The notes under the pieces are model-generated. The model was not told where the DNA came from and made no database searches. It saw nothing but the letters and a program-made list of their open reading frames with translations. From NCBI GenBank assembly GCA_949927415.1, contig CATLFB010000007.1:24412-88411 (forward strand): a DNA stretch of 64,000 bases, written 5' to 3'. A program made the position numbers and the translations under genes. This document shows, in pieces, positions 53,932 through 62,892 of this stretch (within the stretch, counting starts at the first letter, position 1; each line of letters opens with the position of its first letter). This DNA is from an uncultured Candidatus Melainabacteria bacterium (GTDB lineage: Bacteria; Cyanobacteriota; Vampirovibrionia; Gastranaerophilales; Gastranaerophilaceae).

Positions 53932-55788
53932 TTATCCGAGATTTGACAATTCATCAATCAAGCCTTGATATTTTGACGTGAATTCTTGTCCGCGTGCGAT
54001 GATTGCGCGTTTCAAGATGTCAGCAAGGTTTATCGGCGTCAAATCTTTGAAGTTGTTCGGCAGTCTCAAACTCCAGTTTTCATCGCCAGAAGTTCCCGGA
54101 CGGTTGTAAACGTCATAGATTTTGAAGAAATCAGTGAAGAAAATCTGTACGTTTTCTGCTTTTGACGCAAAAATCTCAACAAGCTTTGTTTGTGTCAAAA
54201 ATTCAGCGTCTTTTGTCATATTAGTGATGATTTCGTCCTTATTTGAGCATTCTCCGAAAAGATCGTCAACAAGATTTTTTACATGCAAATATCCTTCATG
54301 CGAATTAACCATTGAATTTGCCCACATCGCAATAGGTTCGTTGTCATGTGTTCCGACCATTGCCCAGCAGCGGCTGTCAATATTGCAGCAACGGTAAGGG
54401 TGTTCCGGTTTTTCCGGAACAACAAACTGTGTCAGACGCATTCCCTGAAGTCCGTATTCTTTCATAACTGCCGCAACCGGCGTTGTCAATGTGCCCAAAT
54501 CCTCGCAGACAATCGCATCTTTATCAAGCCCTTCTTCTTCAGCTGCCGCAATAACGATTTTTTCAATAAGTCTGCCGTATTTGCGGATTTGTTCTGCTGA
54601 AAGCGTTTTGACTCGTTTTTCTTTGTCTGCTTCCAATTCTGTGTTCAAATCTTCCATTCTCGCAATCGCATATCTCGAAAGTTCAGGATGCTCCGGAGAT
54701 GAGAAAAGTCGTCCTGCGCCCTGTTCGATTTTCGGCTTTTTGCCTGCTTTGTAAACCCACGGGTCAATTAGCCCTACAATGTGGTCGATTCTGACACCGC
54801 CCGGGTTTTCGCGGAACATTTTTTTGTATAAATTTTTCATCAGAATTCCGCCTTCATCCAAAGATCCGTCTTCGTTGTACATTCTATCCGGATCCATTAC
54901 CGGGAATCCCCACGCCTGACCGTCTTTTGAAAAGTAATCCGGCGGACATCCCAGCATCCAGCCATCTAAAAATAATGACTGATATGCCCATGTGTCACGG
55001 TCTGAAAATGCAACCTGACGGTCCGCAATCATTCTTATGCCGGCATTTTTGGCGTATTCACGGGTCTTTTCGTTCTGTTTATTCAAGATAAATTGGATGA
55101 ACTTATATTTGTCAATTTCGTCTTTGTATTTTTCCGAAATCTCGTTTATTCTTTTTGAATATTCGATTTTTTCTTCGGTTGATTTCGGATTGAAAAGGTT
55201 TTTGTCTGTTTCTGAATTCCACAAAGGCCAGTAATCATTACCATGTTCAATTGACAAGGCTTCGTAAAGACTGTCTTTGTCAAGCCATGAATCGTTTTCA
55301 AGTTTGTAGCTTTCGAATTGTTCTTTTAATGCGGCGCTTCCGTGATGCTTAAAGTTGTTCCAGCATTCCGTGAGCGCTTCATCCTGCTGTTTGTAGGCGT
55401 ACGAGTAAGCTGTTTTATTCGTATCTTTGTTCGGATTATGCGAAACTATCCCGTTATAAGTTTCTTCTGATAAAATATTGTTCCACTCCGGGGTTGTAAG
55501 CTGTTTAAGGTCAATAAACAGCGGGTTCCCGGAGAAAATAGTTCCGGTATAGGGAGAAGAATCACAGCTTTTGGTTTTGCCGGCAGGCCCGAGCTGAATT
55601 GCATTGAAAATTCCTTTTGCAAAATCAATTACTTCTTTTCCGCCGTTTGAATTTATGGTTCCAAAACCTGTATTTTCACCATCTGCTGACGGAAAGCTTC
55701 CGCTGTGCATGATAAGTGCAAAATTCTTTTTGTCTAAAGCTTTGAGAGCTTTTTGAATAACGTCTGTGTAGTTTACAGTACAAACCAT
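53932..55788 (-). CDS. malQ: 4-alpha-glucanotransferase (amylomaltase, GH77)
   Basis: GH77-like blocks (GVRIDHIVGL, GTHDN). The start is trimmed to MVCTVNY behind GAGGAG. A GC-rich palindromic terminator lies at about 53888-53920. Confidence 0.85.
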   Translation of the reverse strand: MVCTVNYTDVIQKALKALDKKNFALIMHSGSFPSADGENTGFGTINSNGGKEVIDFAKGIFNAIQLGPAGKTKSCDSSPYTGTIFSGNPLFIDLKQLTTPEWNNILSEETYNGIVSHNPNKDTNKTAYSYAYKQQDEALTECWNNFKHHGSAALKEQFESYKLENDSWLDKDSLYEALSIEHGNDYWPLWNSETDKNLFNPKSTEEKIEYSKRINEISEKYKDEIDKYKFIQFILNKQNEKTREYAKNAGIRMIADRQVAFSDRDTWAYQSLFLDGWMLGCPPDYFSKDGQAWGFPVMDPDRMYNEDGSLDEGGILMKNLYKKMFRENPGGVRIDHIVGLIDPWVYKAGKKPKIEQGAGRLFSSPEHPELSRYAIARMEDLNTELEADKEKRVKTLSAEQIRKYGRLIEKIVIAAAEEEGLDKDAIVCEDLGTLTTPVAAVMKEYGLQGMRLTQFVVPEKPEHPYRCCNIDSRCWAMVGTHDNEPIAMWANSMVNSHEGYLHVKNLVDDLFGECSNKDEIITNMTKDAEFLTQTKLVEIFASKAENVQIFFTDFFKIYDVYNRPGTSGDENWSLRLPNNFKDLTPINLADILKRAIIARGQEFTSKYQGLIDELSNLG

Positions 55789-56048
55789 TAATAATTTCTC
55801 CTCTTCCCTAAAATAACACAAGCAAATGATAGCATAAGAGATTTTTTTTTACAATATGGCCTAAACGGGCGGTTTTGAAAAAAGTTGAATTTTGCTTAAT
55901 ATTTTGTAAAAACTAATACTAAAGTATTAAGACTATAGAATTATTGAATTGTTTTAAAAAGCCGCTTTGCGCAAGAGTTTGAGCCGGAATTATCTATGTT
56001 TTATGCACAAAATATGTAACAATTATGGGTCTCATATCTTTGAAGGAC

Positions 56049-56077
56049 TTGACAATATCTGAATAAAGATATAAAAT
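56049..56077 (+). promoter_or_regulatory. near-consensus sigma70-type promoter (TTGACA-17-TAAAAT)
   Basis: TTGACA at 56049-56054, a 17-nt spacer, and TAAAAT at 56072-56077. This implies a ~215-nt leader before the pilin-like ATG at 56299. Confidence 0.5.
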
Positions 56078-56298
56078 AAATTTATAACAAATAGTTTTCT
56101 AAATAATTGCACCTTATGGATTTTTCAATTTACACGAGAGTTGAGAGGTGGAAAAGATAAGCCGGCAGGTGCAGTAAGAAATATTTGTACATAGTTGGTT
56201 TTCGGGATTGCGTTATGCCCGGAGGTTATCAGAAATACCGTATCGGTGAGAGAATAGGTATCCGGTATTTCAAAACAGTTAAAAGAAAGGTGAGAATT

Positions 56299-57075
56299 AT
56301 GACAAAATTCAAAGGTTTTACTCTTGCAGAAGTATTGATTACTTTGGGTATTATCGGTGTTGTAGCCGCAATGACAATGCCTACATTGATTAACTCAACA
56401 CAAGGTGCTCAGTACAAAACAGCATACAAAAAAGCACTATCAGTAATGTCTCAGGCTGTAGTTATGAACATTGCGCTTGATGACTATGATTTGTCTCAAA
56501 CAACTGAAGGTGCTGCTGCTACTGCCGGTACTGCTGGTTCTGAATATACTGATGATACACAATCATTATATACTTTGTTCAAAAACAGAATGAACGTAGT
56601 TAAAGTTGCAGCAACTGATGATTTCCAAGGAGATACAAATGGCAATTCTGACTACTACAAAATTGTAAGTGTTGGCGACAACGATAAAACTGACTATACT
56701 GCATTTGCTACTAAACACGTAACTGCTAGCGGAAATGCATTCCCTGTATTGACAACTGGCGGCAAATGGCCAACAGGTTTGACAATGTTGTTCTACAACG
56801 ATGGTATTACATTCATTTATGATAACACTCAAGGCGGATGTGCAGCAGCTACAGCAACAACTAATGATGAATACTGCTTTGGTTTTATCGATGTAAACGG
56901 ACAAAAAGCTCCTAACAGAGTTGTAGCTTGCGACGCTGGTGATATTGATGATTCAGGTGAAGATAATGCAGCTTGTGTTGTATCAAACCCGACAGATATC
57001 TACCCGGTTGCATTGTATGACCAATCAATCGTTCCGGCTTCTGCAGCAGCAAGAGCAGTTCTTTACGCTAAGTAA
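56299..57075 (+). CDS. prepilin-type N-terminal cleavage/methylation domain protein (pilin-like)
   Basis: MTKFKG|FTLAEVLITLGIIGVVAAMTMP and a C-terminal FIDVNGQKAPN motif. The start is trimmed from 56185 to the ATG behind AAAGGTGAG. Confidence 0.8.
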   Translation: MTKFKGFTLAEVLITLGIIGVVAAMTMPTLINSTQGAQYKTAYKKALSVMSQAVVMNIALDDYDLSQTTEGAAATAGTAGSEYTDDTQSLYTLFKNRMNVVKVAATDDFQGDTNGNSDYYKIVSVGDNDKTDYTAFATKHVTASGNAFPVLTTGGKWPTGLTMLFYNDGITFIYDNTQGGCAAATATTNDEYCFGFIDVNGQKAPNRVVACDAGDIDDSGEDNAACVVSNPTDIYPVALYDQSIVPASAAARAVLYAK

Positions 57076-57126
57076 GAAGTCTGACAGGTTAATTAACCGT
57101 TTATAATATTGTTTGTATAACATTAC

Positions 57127-57165
57127 AAAAGGCATTCTCAAGTTTTGAGAGTGCCTTTTGGTTTG
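57127..57165 (+). terminator. rho-independent terminator
   Basis: AAAAGGCATTCTCAA / TTGAGAGTGCCTTTT stem followed by a T-rich tail. Confidence 0.8.
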
Positions 57166-57264
57166 TTTAAGCATCCGGGGCAAAATAAAAAATCTAGCCA
57201 ACTGGCCAATAGACAAATGAAATTTCTTAATTATGATATAAAAATATATATTTTGTAATTAAGT

Positions 57265-58620
57265 ATGGATATTAAGAATTTAGCGAAAAAGATTTTAATA
57301 ACTGCATTAGCCGGAATAGTCTGTTTGCCGGTAGCGGCTGAGGAGTTAGATTTTAAAGAGTTTGTATCAGCGGCTTTTGAGAACTCATACAATATGAAAC
57401 TTGCGAAAATAGAGCGCTCGATTGCCAGCAAGGGTATAAAAGAAGCGCAATCCGGCTATTATCCAACATTGAATGCGTTTGCAACTACAGAAAGGTACAA
57501 TGATTTGACCCATGGGCAGGCGCAGATTACGGCAGTCGGAAATGAGATTTTGTTAAACCGTAATTATTATCAGGATATGGCATCTGTGGGGTTAACTTAT
57601 AATGTGTTTGATTTTGGGATAAGGCGCAAGGGGTTAGAAATTGCTAAAGCTGATGAAAAGCAAAAAGAACTGCTTTTAATGAAAACTTCAAGAGACTTGC
57701 GGCTGGATACGGTTGATATTTATGGCGAAATTCTGAATTTATACAAAATAGTAAAAATCAAAACAGAAACTTTGGATTTACAAAATGAGTTAATTGCAAT
57801 AAACAAACGGCTGCGGGGAGCTGGGGAGCTTTCGGAAATCGACCTTGTTGAAGGCGAAATTGCGGCAGTGGAAACTAAGAGTGAATTGGATAAAACTAAA
57901 AATCATCTGGCAAAAATTTTGACGGAAGTTTCCTATTACACAAACCGGAGTTATAATCCTGAAGATTTGACAGTGTCAGATTTTCCGTCAAGTACAGAGG
58001 ATGTTTTGTCCGACGGTGTTTTGTACTTGTCTGCCGATATATTGGATTTTGTTCCGGAAAACTCATTTGAAGCGCAGGCCGCAGATTTAGAAATCTTAAA
58101 GAAGAAAAAAGATTATGAGATTCAGAAGAAATCGAATTTCCCAAAAGTCCGGTTTGATACGCGTTACAACTTTTATGGTTCTGATACGTCGAATTTTTTC
58201 TACGGAATTGAGGATATCTCACAGCGGAGTTTGACAATCCGGCTTTCCGCCTCAATGGTTTTGTTTGACGGGTTCAAAAACTCGTCTGCTGTCTCAAAGA
58301 AAAAGTTTGAGATAGAGAAAGCAAAAGTAGAAAAAGAGTGTCAGCTTGCGGAATTGAAGAAAAAATATGAACAAATAATTCTGGATGCGAAAAATTCTAA
58401 AATTCAATATGAGAACAATATTTTGGCATTAGAACTGGTTAATAAAAATCTTGAGAATTTAAGACGTTTAAAACAAAGCGGTCTGGTCTCGCAAGCGGAA
58501 TGCATACAAAAGCAGATAGCCTTATTGAGGAAGAAGCAGGAATTGGAGGAGTCGCAAATAAAAATTTACACAGCATGTTACAAGTTAAAGGTGCTGCAAG
58601 CCACAAAAGGAGAGCTTTGA
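57265..58620 (+). CDS. TolC-family outer-membrane channel protein
   Basis: 451 aa with a signal peptide. It has two repeats of the coiled-coil/beta architecture, and Y-P-x-L and L-x-L-x-Y-N-V-F-D-F-G strand motifs typical of OEP/TolC proteins. Confidence 0.8.
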   Translation: MDIKNLAKKILITALAGIVCLPVAAEELDFKEFVSAAFENSYNMKLAKIERSIASKGIKEAQSGYYPTLNAFATTERYNDLTHGQAQITAVGNEILLNRNYYQDMASVGLTYNVFDFGIRRKGLEIAKADEKQKELLLMKTSRDLRLDTVDIYGEILNLYKIVKIKTETLDLQNELIAINKRLRGAGELSEIDLVEGEIAAVETKSELDKTKNHLAKILTEVSYYTNRSYNPEDLTVSDFPSSTEDVLSDGVLYLSADILDFVPENSFEAQAADLEILKKKKDYEIQKKSNFPKVRFDTRYNFYGSDTSNFFYGIEDISQRSLTIRLSASMVLFDGFKNSSAVSKKKFEIEKAKVEKECQLAELKKKYEQIILDAKNSKIQYENNILALELVNKNLENLRRLKQSGLVSQAECIQKQIALLRKKQELEESQIKIYTACYKLKVLQATKGEL

Positions 58621-58659
58621 GAAAATTATAAAAATACCGCATCTGTGAAAATTTACAAG

Positions 58660-58731
58660 AAATATTAGCCATGTGGCTAATATGATTTTAATTAAACTTG
58701 TAATATTATATATAAAATGGAGTTAAGGATG
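58660..58731 (+). promoter_or_regulatory. 70-nt conserved intergenic module, copy 1 (10-2-10 palindrome, AT-rich promoter-like tract, RBS)
   Basis: ATATTAGCCA-TG-TGGCTAATAT at 58662-58683, then TTGTAATATTATATATAAA, GGAG and ATG. It is nearly identical by eye to 60588-60658. Confidence 0.7.
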
Positions 58732-59787
58732 GATAAATTGATTCAATTTGTTAAGAAACACTTAAAAACTTTTTTGATAATGTTTTTAATTATAGTTTGT
58801 TTGTATTTGGTTAGGCATCGTTATGAAATTTTAAGTTTTATTGATTCTAAAGGGTTTTATGCGCAAGAAGAAGTTATATTAAATGCTAATTTAAAACTTA
58901 GCCAATGCTTTTATAATAAAAAAAGATTGCTTGAAAAGTCATTTGCATTAAAAAGTCTTCTTGAATTTTATAATTCACAAAAAGAATATGAAAAATCTAT
59001 TGTATTATATGAAAGTTATATTCAAAAAGATGAGTGGAGAAAACTTGCAAGATATGTAACTTTTCCTCCAAATATAGATAAAGCCGGTGTTTACAGCGAT
59101 TTGGCGGAGCTTTATTATCTAAATGGACAGTATGAAAAAGCTGTATCATTTTATAATAAAGCTATTGAATTGAAATCTCTAACCCCATATTCAGAACTTT
59201 TATCTAATGATATATACGATATTGCTGAAGAATATAATGGACTTGTTGTTACATATTTAGCTATGCACGACATTGCCTGTGCAAAAGCAAACCTTGATAA
59301 ATCTTTAAATATCGTAAATTTATTGCCGAAAAATTCACTTCAAACTCGTTTTTTTACTAATTTAACAGCCTCAACATTTTATCTTGAAACGCAAAATTAT
59401 CCAAAAGCAGAATATTATGCAACCCAACTGTTTTTAACAATTCCATCGCAAACCTTACCTGTAGAATCTTATATCAGATATCAAAGTTATTACAATATAA
59501 TTGCAAACAGCCAAATGGGAAAAATAAAGTTTCGCGAAAATAATTACAACGAAGCTGAGACGTTTCAACGTAAAGCATTATTCATGACAGAAGAATTTTA
59601 TGGTGTTAACTCCGCCTCAACATTATGTTCGTATAACACTTTATTGCAAACTTTAGATAAATTAGACCAAAATGTCAGGTATACAGATTATATTGAACAA
59701 AGGTTACTTAAAATTGGGAAAAAACTTGTGAAGTTCCAAGGTAAAGATATAACCTTGGATGATATTACAAAATTTTGTGAAAAATAA
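58717..59787 (+). CDS. membrane-anchored TPR protein (accessory gene of cassette 1)
   Basis: N-terminal TM segment (FLIMFLIIVCLYLV) and TPR motifs (AELYYLNGQYEKAVSFYNKAIEL). By homology with copy 2, the start is probably the ATG at 58729. Confidence 0.65.
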   Translation: MELRMDKLIQFVKKHLKTFLIMFLIIVCLYLVRHRYEILSFIDSKGFYAQEEVILNANLKLSQCFYNKKRLLEKSFALKSLLEFYNSQKEYEKSIVLYESYIQKDEWRKLARYVTFPPNIDKAGVYSDLAELYYLNGQYEKAVSFYNKAIELKSLTPYSELLSNDIYDIAEEYNGLVVTYLAMHDIACAKANLDKSLNIVNLLPKNSLQTRFFTNLTASTFYLETQNYPKAEYYATQLFLTIPSQTLPVESYIRYQSYYNIIANSQMGKIKFRENNYNEAETFQRKALFMTEEFYGVNSASTLCSYNTLLQTLDKLDQNVRYTDYIEQRLLKIGKKLVKFQGKDITLDDITKFCEK

Positions 59788-59884
59788 ATAGGAGTAGGAA
59801 CATGACTAAAAGTACAACAAAATATGAACAAAGCATTTGTGATTAAAAGATAAAGGATTTGGTTGTATTCCATTAGGAGACGGT

Positions 59885-60589
59885 TTGATTGCTGTATATG
59901 AAGAAAGTAAATTTTCAGATAATATGACAGTAAGAATTTGGGATGTAAATGAAAAGTCCTATGTCTCAAACAGTGTATTTGGTAATCCTGCAAAAGGAAC
60001 TATAACTTCAGAGGATTATATGCATTTAAAATTGAGTTCTAGCAAATACACATTAGAAGTTACGGATTCGAATAAAATTATTATTAGTTCAAAAATAGAA
60101 GACTCAACTCCAATAATGGTTCCTACAACATCTATGTATACTTGTGAACAGAATGGAAATAGCATATCATTATTGGTTGTCGGTGGTGTTGTAATAGCTG
60201 TTGTAATAAGTGCTGCAATATTTTATATAACCAAAAATCCACCCATAGCAAGTGAAGTTGGTTTAACTGCTGCTGAAACGGTTGGTGGAACTGTATTAAA
60301 AGAAGCTGTTGGGAAAGTGCTTAATATTCTAGGATCATATTTTGTTATTAATCTAATAAATGATAATGGTAAGGCTACAGGTTTTGCCGCCTCGTTCACT
60401 CAAGCCGAAAAGCAGTATCATTTTCAGCCGACGGATCCATTGATAATAGATTTGGATGGAGACGGTTTTGAAACTGTCGCAGTATCAGATGGAATCTATT
60501 TTGATCATGATTTAGACGGCTTTGCCGAAACCTCCTCCTGGGTTGACGATGATGACGGGGTTGAGAATTTAGAAAAGTTAGTAGCCTAA
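59885..60589 (+). CDS. orphan N-terminal head: unique TM-containing domain fused to the conserved RTX junction box, truncated 8 codons after the box
   Basis: TTG start behind AGGAGA. TM segment ISLLVVGGVVIAVVISAAIFYIT. The C-terminal FTQAEKQYHFQPTDPLIIDLDGDGFETVAVSDGIYFDHDLDGFAETSSWVDDDDGV is 54/56 identical to residues in ORF 62023-62892. Confidence 0.6.
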   Translation: MIAVYEESKFSDNMTVRIWDVNEKSYVSNSVFGNPAKGTITSEDYMHLKLSSSKYTLEVTDSNKIIISSKIEDSTPIMVPTTSMYTCEQNGNSISLLVVGGVVIAVVISAAIFYITKNPPIASEVGLTAAETVGGTVLKEAVGKVLNILGSYFVINLINDNGKATGFAASFTQAEKQYHFQPTDPLIIDLDGDGFETVAVSDGIYFDHDLDGFAETSSWVDDDDGVENLEKLVA

Positions 60590-60658
60590 ATATTAGCCAT
60601 GTGGCTAATATGATTTTGTTTAAAGTTGTAATATTATATATAAATTGGAGTAAGAATG
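60588..60658 (+). promoter_or_regulatory. 70-nt conserved intergenic module, copy 2
   Basis: ATATTAGCCA-TG-TGGCTAATAT at 60590-60611. The module begins inside the stop codon of the orphan head. Confidence 0.7.
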
Positions 60659-61858
60659 AAATTTAAATTAAAAAAAGGTTTAACTTTTATAAGTTTATTT
60701 TTAGCATTATTTATATCTTTTGGGGTTTTATCTAATCGTCAAAATACTTTAAAAGTTATACATGTTGGGGATTTTACCAGTCCTAAAATTTGTCATAATG
60801 TAACAGTTGTCGATGATAATAATATTGTAATCTTAGGTGGGTATAATAATTTTTCTGATAGTGATTCAAATTATGCCGAAATTTTTAATTTAGAAAAACA
60901 AAACTCTTCAAATCTATTTAAAAGCAATTTCAATAATAAATATGGCAATTATGCTTTTGTTCATGCACTCTGCAACTCTAAAAATAACGAAGGAACTATA
61001 TGCAATAATAAAAAAAGTATTATTAATATACAACCAATCAAGTTAAAACAAGATGATAAATATGGCATAGAAATATATAATTTTGACACCAGAAAGTTGT
61101 CCTTAATCCAAACTGTACTAATCCCGCGTGGAGGAAAAGAAAGTCCGGTTTATTATAAAAGTGAGGATAATATATATATTAGCGGTGGGTATCAGTTTAA
61201 TAATAATGTGTACGTATCCAAATTTGAAAATGTTAGTTTAGATAACTATAAGATCAAAATAATAGATACGTTTGGAATTGAGAAAGCTGGAATATATAGT
61301 GGCATTCTATTTGGTGGAATTTATAATTCAATGCCGCAGCTTCAGGCAATTAGTCTAAAGACAAAAAAGACAATTGCAACCTTACATTCTCAAGTGTTAA
61401 ATCCGAAACTTTATTTTTTGGAGTATCATTTGCTTGCTGTGGACGGGCCGGAAATAATAGTAGTCGATACAACTAATCCTGAAAATCCAGATATCCAGCG
61501 AATTATATTGTCTGATTTACCGGCGATATATGAAAGAGTTTCTTTGCCTGTACAAATACCCAAAATTTTAAATAAATATGCAATAGAGTCCGCAATACAA
61601 GCAGATGATTATAATATACTGTTTGTTTTTAATAAAAATGGAAAAAGGTATATTGCTAAATATTTCGTAGGGGGCGGTAAACTGGAAATTCTTGGTTATT
61701 ATAAATCAGCGTATAAATTCCCAAAATATGTATATATAAACCAGAAGTTATATATTATAGGCGGAGCAGCAGGACTTAATGATACATTTAAGTGCGGTGA
61801 TGAAATTCCCGAAGATGCGGATGTCTCTAATTCTATTTATGAAATTTTGATAAATTAA
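60656..61858 (+). CDS. secreted/anchored protein, possibly Kelch-like beta-propeller (accessory gene of cassette 2)
   Basis: Signal/anchor sequence (LTFISLFLALFISFGVLS). Recurrent GG-Y blades (ILGGYNN, ISGGYQF, FGGIYN, YIIGGAAG). The fold call is tentative. Confidence 0.55.
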   Translation: MKFKLKKGLTFISLFLALFISFGVLSNRQNTLKVIHVGDFTSPKICHNVTVVDDNNIVILGGYNNFSDSDSNYAEIFNLEKQNSSNLFKSNFNNKYGNYAFVHALCNSKNNEGTICNNKKSIINIQPIKLKQDDKYGIEIYNFDTRKLSLIQTVLIPRGGKESPVYYKSEDNIYISGGYQFNNNVYVSKFENVSLDNYKIKIIDTFGIEKAGIYSGILFGGIYNSMPQLQAISLKTKKTIATLHSQVLNPKLYFLEYHLLAVDGPEIIVVDTTNPENPDIQRIILSDLPAIYERVSLPVQIPKILNKYAIESAIQADDYNILFVFNKNGKRYIAKYFVGGGKLEILGYYKSAYKFPKYVYINQKLYIIGGAAGLNDTFKCGDEIPEDADVSNSIYEILIN

Positions 61859-62022
61859 GGTAGAAGAAAAGGAGTAACTTCATGACTACAAATCCAACAA
61901 ATAATAAAGAGTTCAACGAAATATCATCATTAATAACTTTAAGTTTTGATTCTTGCTAAAAGGAAAAGTTTGGTAAAGAACCACCCCAAAAAGACGATGC
62001 TGAATATTCCACATACGGAACT

Positions 62023-62892
62023 TTGAAAAATGCATATGGACATGCATATGCTTCTGCTTATCTTGCATATAAATATTCACCTGAAGATTCAAAATTATTA
62101 GGTATTCTAAAAGAAATTGCGACATTAGATAAGGAAATAAATAATCATAGTCTAAATGGAACTGATATTGAACGAGGTAAGTATATTGCATTCAAGGATG
62201 GTAGCCGTGATATGTGGAATAATATGCAATGGATTAAGTATGCAATATGCGGAATTGCAGACTTAAAAGGTTTTGGTGATGTTTCAAAACAAATTTTTGA
62301 TAATTTGTTTTCTGGTAATGATTTTATTATAGATTTTAATATTGATGAAAGAACGTGGAACGAAACAAAAAATATTGAAGATTATAAAAATTCGTTATAT
62401 AAAGAACTTTTATCTTCAATTCCGAAAAGTTTTATAAATATACTAATATCCCTTGAGCCTAATTATATAAATCATTTATTAAATGCATATGAAAAGACAG
62501 ATTTAAGAATCAAAGATTTGATATTAAATATGCCTATCCCAAATAAAATAAAAATGGGTATCTACAATACCTTCACTCAAGCTGAAAAGCAGTATCATTT
62601 TCAGCCGACGGATCCTTTGATAATAGATTTGGATGGCGATGGTTTCGAAACGGTCGCTGTATCTGATGGAATATTCTTCGACCATGACCTGGACGGCTTT
62701 GCCGAAACCTCCTCCTGGGTTGACAATGATGACGGGGTTCTCGCTATTGATGTCAACAACAATGGTATAATCGACGACGGCTCTGAACTTTTTGGAGACC
62801 ACTTCCTCAAGTCTGACGGAACTCTTGCAACTTCAGGCTTTGACGCTCTTGCGGATTTCGATTCTAACGGCGATGGCAAGGTGAGCGCATAA
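62023..62892 (+). CDS. RTX protein, N-terminal head 2 plus junction box and first Ca-binding module (ends at in-frame TAA 62890-62892)
   Basis: Unique N-terminal domain, then the FTQAEKQYHFQPTDPLIIDLDGDG...WVDNDDGVLAIDVNNNGIIDDGSELFGD...DSNGDGKVSA module typical of large RTX proteins. Confidence 0.7.
   Translation: MKNAYGHAYASAYLAYKYSPEDSKLLGILKEIATLDKEINNHSLNGTDIERGKYIAFKDGSRDMWNNMQWIKYAICGIADLKGFGDVSKQIFDNLFSGNDFIIDFNIDERTWNETKNIEDYKNSLYKELLSSIPKSFINILISLEPNYINHLLNAYEKTDLRIKDLILNMPIPNKIKMGIYNTFTQAEKQYHFQPTDPLIIDLDGDGFETVAVSDGIFFDHDLDGFAETSSWVDNDDGVLAIDVNNNGIIDDGSELFGDHFLKSDGTLATSGFDALADFDSNGDGKVSA

Noticed and set aside
56185-56298. 38-codon N-terminal extension of the pilin-like ORF. Similar upstream extensions occur for ppdK (to 18187), rplI (to 4417), the oxidoreductase alpha and delta subunits (to 24636 and 24839) and malQ (to 55821).
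   Set aside because: In each case an internal ATG with a good Shine-Dalgarno sequence gives the canonical family N-terminus, and the extension has no homology-like features.
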